Origin: Ylistrum balloti
Taxonomy: Eukaryota
Reading direction: 5' to 3'
Length of the DNA stretch: 64,000 nt
Assembly (NCBI RefSeq): GCF_031769215.1
Contig: NW_026781956.1
Location: 806,001-870,000, forward strand
Shown here: positions 52,291 through 64,000 of the stretch, in pieces
Layout of the letters: each line of letters opens with the position of its first letter
Numbering within the stretch: the stretch's first letter is position 1
Translations under genes and position numbers: made by a program
Notes under the pieces: generated by a model
Seen by the model: only the letters and a program-made list of their open reading frames with translations
What the model was told of the DNA's origin: nothing
Database searches by the model: none

Positions 52291-55200
52291 TTACCTATTG
52301 TCCAGATATTGTAAAATCTGTGAATAAACCACAAATGTCACAGCGTTAACAGGAAACGCCCGGACACATGTAACAATGCTTCCGCTGTAGAACACTCGGA
52401 GTCCCTCTGCCCTGTAGCTCTTGACTGCACAATCTATGGGTCCCTTGTACTGGCCCACCAGATCGGCTTGATAACGGCTCTTGACAACGTCAATCGGCAT
52501 GACCGAGAACCACGTCATACACCCAGCACAGCCGCCAGCGAAAAAGTCGGCTATGAATCCCTTCGAGTCAGTCCAGCCTTTATTTTTTATGGCTTCACTA
52601 AACGATTCGTAAATCAGAAGATAAAATCCGAAAGACGGGACTTCGCGCCAAAACATGACACCGCCACCCTTGTACAATCCCAACAATCCCTCGGTCCGAT
52701 AGACATGTCTGGCACACTCTATTGGCCCCTTGAAGTAAGGATTCTTGCCTGCTTCGCGCACTGCAATCACAAGAGTAACAATTCTTTTCAAAAGTATATT
52801 TTTATTTATATATCTTTTAAATCTTGACTTAACCCTAGTTTAGACAATGTATAAAGTTTACCATCGTATATAGTTGAGAAAGCAGAAATCTTTAATATGT
52901 TTTACCTCAATTTGTCTAGTTTCTTTTAAGTTTGGCTGTAATTGTGATCTTTCTACCATAAAACGAACAAAAAAGAAGTTAGGATATAACTTCATACTAA
53001 AACTACAAGTAAAAAAACATACCTGTTCCTTTGTTTGCATCTTGGGACAACTGGGACTGTAATACAACTTTAACATAATCGGTAGGTATGGCTGGAATTA
53101 GAGTTGCAGCGCCCCCTACACAACCTGCCAGGTAAATGTTGAGGTAGGACGATTTTTTAGTGTCTTTACCCTTGTCGAGGAACTTAAGGGTGTTCCCGTA
53201 GACGCCGAACAGAAGAGAGTTGACAACACTGTACGACATCAGCGGCCAAGACAAGCCTCGAAAGAAGCCGGCAGTCTGGTCAGGCAAACATAATCATGTT
53301 TAATTGAATCAGCGGAAACATTCTGTTTATTATTGTGGGACACTATACTATCTAAACCAAAACATTCTAGTTTATTTCATTTACAGTTACTTTGCCTTTC
53401 ATTAACATTTTTCTTCCGTTGGGACTAAAGTTTCGTCTCATATATTTTACGCATTTTTCTTTTTCGTTTTCGCGTTTAGTACCCAATACTGCAATATTTC
53501 AACACTTTGAAGTATTTATGATGATAAGGCCTGTTAGATTAATTAAAAAACCCGTTTATTAATCGAACATACACTTTTCTGGTTCTCAGAGGGAAACCTT
53601 ACATACAATTGTTACGACCAGTTTCTATACAAAGGACTATAAAGACAGGATCATAGTAGATATTGTCAATTATAAAAAGAATGTGTTTCAAAGGACTGGA
53701 ACAGGTGGACATATAGAAAGCTCTCTACAGCAGCCTGTCATATTAAGATATAATTTTTGCAGACATTATTTATAAGTTCAAACATAGACTAAACAATATC
53801 TGGAAGAACCATATCACAAATCTTATCCAGATTTATAGTCTTATACATGTGTGTCTACACAAATTGTTATGAAACACACCGTCTAAAGTTCAATATATTG
53901 GCAAAGATCTATGTCATCTAACACTCTAACATTGGGTGTCCCTTACTTAAAGTCCATTAAATGCTTATCCTAGTGTTATACCATATCACATACATCCTAG
54001 ATATATTAATAGTCACTTTTAATATAAACAGCAGACGTTTTGTTATTTTAACAAAGGTAAGTATCTTAACACAGGTTTTCAATGTGTAATCGTTGTGATG
54101 TATTTTCAAGGGTAATAGCATACTATTACTAAAAATATTATTTGGTTTGTTTTGGGAATAACATTATTACACTTGTGAATGTGAATGCTTACCCAGCCTT
54201 GCTTAAAGATGTTTGAAGCCATCGCCAATGTTCCTTTTCGCTGACCTCCATGCTGTGTCTGTAGTTTCACCTAATTTAAGAATATATATAACAACGTTTC
54301 AGTGTACTTGGATGTCTCTGGTATATAATAGCCACCGTATATATGTACTACATTAGCGTGATACTAAAGTGTTCCAAACACATGTCGACAACAAGAGAAT
54401 AATTAACGACAAAACATAGCAAGTATTATATCTCTGTCGTCATGTGATCTCTATTTACTATCTTACATTACGGTATCAAACTTTTATTTTTGTTTACCTT
54501 TGTCGTGTCAAAAGGATGTCCAACCAACAGGCCAGCGGAACCTGAAGTAAAACAGTGTTTATTCACTGTAACAAATCGCTTTCTTTATGTCTATAATTTC
54601 AATGTATTTTACTTCAATTTTCACATGTCGCTGTACTGTACGGATTGGTCAATTACAGTTAACATTACAAGATTATAAACAGATGTAGAAATGAATGTAC
54701 ATGTCGCTGTACTGTACGGATTCGTCAATTACAGTTAACATTACAAGATTATAAACAGATGTAGAAATGAATGTACATGTCGCTGTACTGTACGGATTCG
54801 TCAATTACAGTTAACATTACAAGATTATAAACAGATATAGAAATGAATGTACATGTCGCTGTACTGTAAGGACTGGTCAATTACAGTTAACATTACAAGA
54901 TTATAAACAGATGTAGAAATGAAAGTACATGTCGCTGTACTGTAAGGATTCGTCAATTACAGTTAACATTACAAGATTATAAACAGATATAGAAATGAAT
55001 GTACATGTCGCTGTACTGTAAGGACTGGTCAATTACAGTTAACATTACAAGATTATAAACAGATGTAGAAATGAAAGTACATGTCGCTGTACTGTAAGGA
55101 TTCGTCAATTACAGTTAACATTACAAGATTATAAACAGATATAGAAATGAATGTACATGTCGCTGTACTGTAAGGATTGGTCAATTACAGTTAACATTAC

Positions 55201-55750
55201 AAGATTATAAACAGATATAGAAATGAAAGTACATGTCGCTGTACTGTAAGGATTGGTCAATTACAGTTAACATTACAAGATTATAAACAGATATAGAAAT
55301 GAATGTACATGTCGCTGTACTGTAAGGATTCGTCAATTACAGTTAACATTACAAGATTATAAACAGATATAGAAATGAAAGTACATGTCGCTGTACTGTA
55401 AGGATTGGTCAATTACAGTTAACATTACAAGATTATAAACAGATATAGAAATGAAAGTACATGTCGCTGTACTGTAAGGACTGGTCAATTACAGTTAACA
55501 TTACAAGATTATAAACAGATATAGAAATGAAAGTACATGTCGCTGTACTGTAAGGATTGGTCAATTACAGTTAACATTACAAGATTATAAACAGATGTAG
55601 AAATGATTGTACATGTTGCTGTACTGTAAGGATTGGTCAATTACAGTTAACATTACAGGATTATAACCAGATATAGGAATGATAGTAAAGAAGGATGCAC
55701 TAACCTCCTATAGCACCCGCTATATAATCGTTTATAAGATGGCTAGGCAT
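52291..55750 (-). CDS. SLC25A45: SLC25A45/47/48-like mitochondrial carrier, paralogue B (296 aa)
   Basis: Exons 55750-55705 (MPSHLINDYIAGAIG), 54541-54498 (44 nt, GSAGLLVGHPFDTTK), 54270-54193 (VKLQTQ...KQGW), 53275-53023 and 52760-52291 (TAA). All introns are GT-AG and the total is 891 nt in frame. Motifs PFDTTKVKLQ, PTDYVKVVLQ, PIDVVKSRYQ, WREVPSF and RAFPVNAVTF. Confidence 0.92.
54623..55682. repeat. 76-bp tandem repeat, about 14 copies, filling intron 1 of paralogue B
   Basis: Unit ACATGTCGCTGTACTGTAMGGATTSGTCAATTACAGTTAACATTACAAGATTATAAACAGATRTAGAAATGAAWGT. Confidence 0.96.
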
Positions 55751-55969
55751 GTTGGACTAGGAAAACTGCGGGACGTCGGCCATGTTTGGATGATGAATAG
55801 ATTCCCAATATACCTGTTCCGGGAGAGCAACACAGTACGATAGCTCTTACGGAAGTACAGACCAATGTATCTCTTTAGCGGAAATGCATGTCAGTGGTTT
55901 CCTGAAACACTGGTCACTGTGTAGCCTTCCTGTAAAGTAATCGTGATGTTTAATGTCATATTGATTTCT

Positions 55970-56270
55970 AGAGATATCACATTTCTACAGATATCACATT
56001 CCAAGATATATCACATTTCTACAGATGTCACATTTCTACAGATATCACGGATATTACAGTTCTATCGGTATCACATTGCCACACGTGTGACGATTCTACA
56101 TATATCACATTTCTACAGTTATCACATTCCTACAGATATCACAGTTCTACAGATATCACAATCCCAAACATGTCACATTTCTACAGATATCACATTCCAA
56201 CAGATGTTACATTCCTACAGATGTCACATTCCAACAGATACCATACTTCTACATATGTCACATTCCCACA
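55970..56270. repeat. Degenerate short tandem repeat (ATATCACATTTCTACAG-like)
   Basis: Old, imperfect units of about 17-22 bp, just upstream of paralogue B. Confidence 0.75.
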
Positions 56271-57304
56271 CGTACCATTGGCTATAAATGATCGAATGCC
56301 TGGATTTCAGACAATAATTAACAACTCTATATTAACCATTCAGCTACGTTGTATTTTTATATAATTGGGCGATACACGCTGTTTTCCAAGTGTCACGTAG
56401 GCCAACTGAATTTAGTAAAACTAATTGTGAAATATGAATGTATTTATGTTTTACTAATCAGAAGTGTTTCCAATATATATATATATGTATATATATTGTG
56501 TATATATTATCATATATAGATATATAACATGAGTTGAGGCCTTTTATACAGATTTCAGTCAGCTGTAAGATACAATCAACCTTCCTAGAATGCTATCTAC
56601 ACTATCTATCAAAATCCCCTTAATACCACTTACAAGGTTACGAGAATTTATTACAGAAAGTGAAAAATTAGGTCACCAACACAGCTGTCGTTAATACACA
56701 TATGCATCAATACCTTTCACGGGTGCGGCGAGTCTGTACGTGTTTGTAATTTTTAAGTCAATACCCAATATAAATCTAAATATATCACATCTCTACAAAG
56801 ATAAATCAGCTGAGAGTGAAACTTAAATGTTTAACTGGTCCTATATGTAAGTGACATGTCTGTACTCCGATATAGATATAACTGTTAATAAGCGTCGGCA
56901 GTTCCCGCATGTTATTAATAATTTTCTACTTCATGAAGTACATACCTCGTAGTCATATATACAGTTTACCTGGATCCGATGTCATAGGCAGTTTCCACAC
57001 CGTGAAGTATCATCAGTCATTGTCTTGCGCGGTCAGCATAAGCTAAAGTATATTATCAGGGTCAACCCTACATTATCGGGTAGTACTATCGCCTTCACTG
57101 CACGGGATACCGTTGTATGTTTAGTTTCGTTCTGTTTGTCATTGTATGGACACAGAATTCCTAGGTGTGTATTGATTACTGGCAGAACTAGTTTTCTTTT
57201 GACTCGCATGGGTAATAGCGTGGTAAACGTTTCAGTTTTCGCTCTGGCACTACTTTTGTTTTGCCTGCTCGAAGTAGGCACTAGAAGCATTAGTATCTTG
57301 TATA

Positions 57305-57742
57305 TACAAGAGGTCCAGAGGGCCTGTATCGCTCACCTGGATCTTTATGACCAACATGACTATATCTGTGCATATGTCCCACGTTTAACACATTTGACCC
57401 CTGTGACCTTGACTATGGGTCAATGTCATTTCTTTTACTTTCTTGGACTTCATAAAAGGAACGTACTGGCCAAATATAATGATTCTAGGCTTTTCGATAT
57501 TTCGCAAGAAATTGTTTAAACGTTTCAACACATTTGACTCCTGTGACCTTGAATATTGGTCAAGGTAATTTCTTTTAGCAAACTTTGTAGGACACCATAA
57601 GAGGAACATTATAGCCTAATATAATGATTCTAGGCCTTTCGGTATTTTGGAAGAAGTCGTTTAAATGAAAAGTTGACGGACGCCGGACGGACGGACCGAC
57701 GACGGACGCCGCGCTATGGCCCTTTGGGCCAGGTGAGCTAAA
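57305..57742. mobile_element. Helentron-associated non-autonomous element (HINE/DINE-like)
   Basis: Subterminal inverted repeats GCTCACCTGG (57331) and CCAGGTGAGC (57729), two internal core repeats of about 140 bp, a GACG/GGAC microsatellite-like tract and a 3' hairpin GGCCC-TTT-GGGCC. This is the known architecture of bivalve HINE/pearl-type elements. Confidence 0.75.
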
Positions 57743-58594
57743 TATACCGATAGTTTGTAATTAACACGCCAAATTGCAGGGCTAGAACGTGAAGTAACCA
57801 TGTTCGACGTTAAGGTCATAAGAATCACTTTTGAAAAGAGAATTATTTTTAAAAAATCTAGGGACCTTTGGTCTATATGACACTATTCATAGCAAAAAAT
57901 TACAAAATTCCCATGATATAGCAGTGATTTCCTTTGAAATAAAGTATACATTTAATATTTACCGACATTTACATAGTATGCACAAAATATTCAAATCGAT
58001 GATTTTTAATGTAAAATCTGCGGCCTGATTTTAACAGGAAAACAATAGTTGTTAAGTTTCTTTCAGAAAAAGTGAAAAATATAAAATCCCTCTTGCACAT
58101 GCCCATTTAAAAACAAAAGGCGGAAGAAATCCGTCATAAAAATATCTTGGACAGCAGTTACTGTTGACACACACTGTTTTCATAGAAGTTTCTCATATAT
58201 CTAATAAAAGTGAATGGAGGTGTTGCTATTGTAAGGGACATGTAGCCTATCGTGCTGTTGGTGAAGATACTTGGTGATGTTTCCCTGTCCTCAAACAGTC
58301 ACATATAAATTAGAGAAAGATAATAGTTTCATTCTTATACTAACAGATGACCTGTTCATAGTATTTTTTTCAATTCTTCAGTGCATACAAAATGAGTCGA
58401 ACCGTGTCCTTTTAAGACACAAATGAATTGTTAGGGCCTATGATTGAAAAAGTAGGAAATCAAAATCTGCTATATAATCTAATTATCAAAATCACAACAG
58501 TAACTTATATCTCCTAAATTCTAATCAGAATTCGTAAAATTTCAATACTGAATTATTTCAAAAGGACTTGTTCCTTTCCTTATTTAGTTCAAAC

Positions 58595-59795
58595 TAAGAT
58601 GTTTGAATACAGATCAGCCCTCCATACTAAGATGTTTGAATACAGATCAGCCCTCCATACTAAGATGTTTGAATACAGATCAGCCCTCCATACTAAGATG
58701 TTTGAATACGGAGCAGCCTTCCATACTAAGATGTTTGAATACAGATCAGCCTTCCATACTAAGATGTTTGAATACAGATCAGCCCTCCATACTAAGATGT
58801 TTGAATACAGATCAGCCCTCCATACTAAGATGTTTGAATACAGATCAGCCCTCCATACTAAGATGTTTGAATACAGATCAGTCCTCCATACTAAGATGTT
58901 TGAATACAGATCAGCCCTCCATACTAAGATGTTTGAATACGGATCAGCCCTCCATACTAAGATGTTTGAATACGGAGCAGCCTTCCATACTAAGATGTTT
59001 GAATACAGATCAGCCTTCCATGCTAAGATGTTTGAATACAGATAATCCTTTCATACTAAGATGTTTGAATACAGATCAGCCCTCCATACTAAGATGTTTG
59101 AATACAGATCAGCCCTCCATACTAAGATGTTTGAATACAGATCAGCCCTCCATACTAAGATGTTTGAATACAGATCAGCCCTCCATACTAAGATGTTTGA
59201 ATACAGATCAGCCCTCCATACTAAGATGTTTGAATACAGATCAGCCCTCCATACTAAGATGTTTGAATACAGATCAGCCCTCCATACTAAGATGTTTGAA
59301 TACGGATCAGCCCTCCATACTAAGATGTTTGAATACGGATCAGCCCTCCATACTAAGATGTTTGAATACAGATCAGCCCTCCATACTAAGATGTTTGAAT
59401 ACAGATCAGCCCTCCATACTAAGATGTTTGAATACAGATCAGCCCTCCATACTAAGATGTTTGAATACAGATCAGCCCTCCATACTAAGATGTTTGAATA
59501 CAGATCAGCCCTCCATACTTAGATGTTTGAATACAGATCAGCCCTCCATACTAAGATGTTTGAATACTAAGATGTTTGAATACGGATCAGCCCTCCATAC
59601 TAAGATGTTTGAATACGGATCAGCCCTCCATACTAAGATGTTTGAATACAGATCAGCCCTCCATACTAAGATGTTTGAATACAGATCAGCCCTCCATACT
59701 AAGATGTTTGAATACAGATCAGCCCTCCATACTAAGATGTTTGAATACAGATCAGCCTTCCATACTAAGATGTTTGAATACAGATCAGCCTTCCA
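58595..59795. repeat. 33-bp minisatellite, about 36 copies (TACTAAGATGTTTGAATACAGATCAGCCCTCCA)
   Basis: Direct periodicity; it produces the NTDQPSILRCL and MFEYRSALHTK ORFs. Confidence 0.97.
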
Positions 59796-60431
59796 AATGA
59801 GGCGTTTTCTATACAGATCCAGTTTAATACCTATACCATATTTTGGGTTTAAAACAATAATTGGTGTAACAGTTAAAGTAGTTTGCATAACACATTTGCA
59901 AAAAACAACTTATCGGGAAAGTTTTATAGCAAAATGATCCTGAAAGACCTCCATTAGAGGAGATTTTTTGCCACGATATCTGTTTTCGATAATGCTAGAT
60001 AAACTGTGAAAGTCGGCCGTAAAATAAAGTCATTCACGTGTACTACCTGAGAGGTCATGTCATAAGGCCAGATGTGTTCGTATCAAACAGGTACCATTTT
60101 TCAAGTATAATGCTTGGCTACCGTGTGAATTTAAGGCTACTTCATTTGGGACATTCAAATTTTAGCGCAATTTCGCTTTTTTGACAAATCAGCGTAGTGA
60201 TGAATCAGCACATCCGCTAGGACTGCTATCGTGATAAGATTAAGATATCTTAATATAACGCAATACCTTTACAGCCAAAAATCGCTACAAAAATATTACC
60301 GCTAAGGTATGATTACATAACACAGTAACTGATACTCAGTTCTACACACCGTAGTAACCAGTCCACCGCTAACGTTCCAACCTTTATCAACCAGCGAACC
60401 ATCAATGTAAAAACCAACCCTTGATAACCTT

Positions 60432-60965
60432 GATGACCGAAGAAAAGTCAGGATGTAGATGTCGAGGTGTATTAGCACATACAGCTGACCGGAAGTAATG
60501 TCAGGATCTAGATGTCGAGGTGTATTAGCACATACAGCTGACCGGAAGTAATGTCAGGATCTAGATGTCGAGGTGTATTAGCACATACAACTGACCGGAA
60601 GTAATGTCAGGATCTAGATGTCGAGGTGTATTAGCACATACAGCTGACCGGAAGTAATGTCAGGATCTAGATGTCGAGGGGTATTAGCACATACAACTGA
60701 TCGAAAGTAATGTCAGGATGTAGATGTCGAGGTGTATTAGCATATACAGCTGACCGGAAGTAATGTCAGGATCTAGATGTCGAGGGGTATTAGCACATAC
60801 AACTGACCGGAAGTAATGTCAGGATCTAGATGTCGAGGTGTATTAGCACATACGACTGACCGAAGTAATGTCAGGATGTAGATGTCGAGGTGTATTAGCA
60901 CATACAACTGATCGAAAGTAATGTCAGGATGTAGATGTCGAGGTGTATTAGCACATACAACTGAT
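60432..60965. repeat. 53-bp tandem repeat, about 10 copies, carrying ACCGGAAGT
   Basis: Unit TGACCGGAAGTAATGTCAGGATCTAGATGTCGAGGTGTATTAGCACATACAGC. Confidence 0.94.
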
Positions 60966-61817
60966 AACCAGTACCCATCCCTTGTAATCAGATTATAACC
61001 ACATGATCTGCCTTAATAACAAGTCTGTACACCACCTGCAGTAGATACTTGTATGCTATAGATATCCTTGAGTGTGAAGATATCGGATATAACGGCGCTA
61101 TTACTGACCTGCTCCATGTCATTCATGATAACATCTGAGATAACGTTAGATGTGATTGTCCGACAGTATTATTTCCATTTTAATACACGTATTTCTTATT
61201 AACCGGTATATAGCTGAAAAACTGTTCTAACTTTCTAAATGAAATCTCGGCTTTATTTGATATCAAATGTCAAGAATGTTTAGTATCATCTGCGAAATAT
61301 GAGATGTATTCACTTCAAATAGCAATTAAATTCAGTAAAAAGTAAAATCTTCATTTTGTATGAAGAAAAGTTTCAAGTTCAAATTAAAGTCTAAAAGATG
61401 AGACAGCATGGCTAACCACGCTCTGTTCGGTCCTCTATGAAGCCCATTTTGGAGTTTCATATCCTGTAATGTATATATAGATTCAGGTTATACGTGTCCG
61501 AGGTCAACGTTAATAAAACCAAGGCGATATCAGATCTCTAACCGCATCTGCTGCCCTTATTTTAGTGATGTCGCTTGCAGCGAATATCTTCAGAAATATA
61601 TATCATAGACGATTGACACAGCTTTCACGGTGATATGTTGGTACAGTGAGGACTCGCGAAACAAAGTTTACCTACAGAATCCGGAAGTCTTGGAAACAGA
61701 TAATATGGCAGTCAAGACAACTTTGGTATAAAGCATCGACTTTTAACTTTCAGACGAGGAAAAGGTGCTTCAGAAAACAAAAAAGTTCTCAAACATCAGA
61801 ACATTGACAGAGACGTT

Positions 61818-63981
61818 ATGACCGAGAGGGTGATGGACCACTACGTGGCTGGGGCTTTGGGAGGTAAGATAGACCAATATCATATCCGACGGGGGCTTTG
61901 GAAGGTAAGATAGACCAATATCATATCTGACGGGGGCTTTGGGAGGTAAGATAGACCAATATCATATCTGACGGGGGCTTTGGAAGGTAAGATAGACCAA
62001 TATCATATCTGACGGGGGCTTTGGGAGGTAAGATAGACCAATATCATATCTGACGGGGGCTTTGGGAGGTAAGATAGACCAATGTCTTGCGGGGCTTTGG
62101 GAGGTAAGATAAGCCAATATAATACCTGACGGGGGCTTTGGAAGGTAAGATAGACCAATGTCTTGTGGGAGATTTGGGAGGTAAAATTGACCAATATCTG
62201 ACGGGGACTTTGGGAGATAAGATGGACCAATATCTGACGGGGGCTTTGGGAGGTAAGATGGACCAATATCTGGGGTAGATGAAGGAGGCAAGATTGACAA
62301 ACATCTCGCGGGAAATGAAGGAAATAAGATGGACTGATATATTTTGAATTACAAAGGGGTGTTAGAAAAGGAGATTCCTTATATTTTATTCTATGTGTGG
62401 AATTGTTAAGTGCAGCAATTAAATATAACTCTAACATAAATATAAATAACTCTGAGTATTTGGTAAACCAATTTGCTGATGATACATCTTTTACTCTCTC
62501 AGATTATCTTAATGTATTAGAAACAGTTTTAGGTACTTTTAAAAAAATTGCGGTAGTTTCCGCTCTTAAAATAAATATGGAAAAAAACACAAGTCATATG
62601 GATTGGGTCAAGACGGGGTTGTGGGACGGAAATTCTTCCACATAGAAATTTATTTGGAATCACCAGGGGAAATTCAAATTACTTGGTGTTACTTATAACT
62701 TTCAAAAAGAAAATATATATGAGGATAATTTCATAGAAAAAGTGCAGTCTATAAAATAACTACTGGGTAATTGGTCTTTTAGGAATCTTTGAAGAGTTAT
62801 TGTTATAAAATATTTAGCCTTAATACAGACTTTATCTGTTCTTCCAGATCCACCAAAACATATCTTTAATGATATACAGTCGACATTTTTTTAGATTTAT
62901 ATGGAAGGGAAATATTGATAAGATTAATAGAAATGTTATGTATGGTGACTATAATGAAGGTTGATTACATGTTCCTCACGTGAAGTCTTTTTGTCATGCA
63001 CTGAAACTCTCCTGAATTAAAAAACTATTAAAACCCATCCATTGCTCTCCTTGGAAAACTTTCGTTTTGGATAAGATAGAATTATTTGGCGGGGACAATT
63101 TTTCAGAATGACAAAAGAAGGGTTGACTAGTGTTTCCAATTTTTCAACACATTTTGGAAAGAAGTACTGTGTATATGGTCATCTTTGGTCGAAAATTCAC
63201 CTCCCACAACCCCTCAACAAATAGTTTCTCAACCAATTTGGTATAATGATTGTGTAAAAATAGATAGAAACCCTATATTTTACAGGCATTGGTGTTTAAA
63301 AGGAGTTTTTTTAATCAATGACATTTTTTTAATTTTTGAAATGTTTAAAGAAAAATATAATATTGATACGTCTTTTGTTAAGTATTATGGCATGATAAAT
63401 GCCATACAAAGAGAATGCAAAAGGATTACAAGAGAGCAAAATGATGTACCTATTCAAACTATTACTTCCAAAATTATGGCATTCATTGTGGAATGATGTT
63501 TTGCAGATCAATATGACTGATGAAGTATGGCGAACTTATTATTTATCCCCTAGACTTATCACTGATGATACTAACCTTCAGAATTTTCAGTTTATTAAGA
63601 TTTATTCAAGATATTGCACAATATTTTATGCACTAATGTTAAACTAATGCAAGCTAAATTGGTTGAATTAGAAAGTGAAAATGGAAGAGAAAAAATGTAA
63701 CATTTATTTTGGGATTGTTGTTATATTAAGGCTTTTTGGTCGTCATTCTTTAATCCTTTGAAAACAAAACATGGTATAGAACTACCTTTTGATTCTCAAT
63801 CCATACTTTTTGGGATTGGTGCTGCTAAATTTGATTACGAGGTAAACTTTTAATTGCTTCTCTTGAAACTAGTGTGGAAATTACATTTCATATTCTAATT
63901 AAACACACGCTTACCTGTGCTTATGCTGCCTTTTCAGGAACCGCCGGTTACTTTGTGGGGTACCCTCTAGATACAATAAAG
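61818..63981 (+). CDS. SLC25A45-like mitochondrial carrier, paralogue C (5' part only; continues beyond window)
   Basis: Exon 61818-61863 (MTERVMDHYVAGALG, 46 nt, donor GAG|GTAAGA) and exon 63938-63981 (GTAGYFVGYPLDTIK, 44 nt, acceptor TTTTCAG, donor AAG|GTAGAG). The 46 and 44 nt sizes and the phases are identical to exons 1-2 of paralogues A and B. Confidence 0.85.
61851..62300 (+). repeat. 41-bp minisatellite made of the exon 1/intron 1 junction of paralogue C
   Basis: Unit GGGGCTTTGGGAG|GTAAGATAGACCAATATCATATCTGACG, about 11 copies that degenerate towards the 3' end. Confidence 0.95.
62345..63860 (+). mobile_element. Degraded L1/Tx1-like non-LTR retrotransposon (RT C-terminus to C-terminal zinc-knuckle region) in intron 1 of SLC25 paralogue C
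   Basis: Fragments QFADDTSF, ALKINMEK, KFKLLGV, QPIWYN and HLFWDC (near 63700), with many stops and frameshifts. Confidence 0.75.
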
Positions 63982-64000
63982 GTAGAGTATGTGTAACTAT

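Noticed and set aside
58603-59937. 444-aa NTDQPSILRCL repeat ORF
   Set aside because: It is the translation of a 33-bp minisatellite; two frames are similarly open, variants do not show codon-position bias by eye, and there is no recognisable domain.
43490-61000. Regular repeats as CRISPR arrays
   Set aside because: The units are contiguous with no unique spacers, there are no cas genes, and the context is eukaryotic.

Overview
AT-rich eukaryotic genomic DNA with spliceosomal introns, most likely from a bivalve mollusc (inferred from the repeat families present). I assembled genes by hand from splice sites and reading phase. (1) A 10-coding-exon ABCG5-like half-transporter on + (26679-37395) has one GC-AG intron and an L2/Crack LINE running into a splice acceptor. 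(2) Two complete 5-exon SLC25A45/47/48-like mitochondrial carriers lie in tandem on - (44744-48824 and 52291-55750). (3) A third SLC25 paralogue starts head-to-head on + (exons 61818-61863 and 63938-63981) and runs off the window. About 30% of the window (manual estimate) consists of about 20 mutually unrelated minisatellite arrays with 20-76 bp units, and these explain nearly all long ORFs in the track. There are also relics of LINE, Penelope-like, SINE, MITE and Helentron-type elements. The most unusual items are a minisatellite built from an exon/5' splice-site junction (nine extra donors and one alternative in-frame ATG), and an ABCG5-like protein with both catalytic motifs canonical and no ABCG8 detected next to it. 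No database searches were run, so family names rest on recognised motifs.
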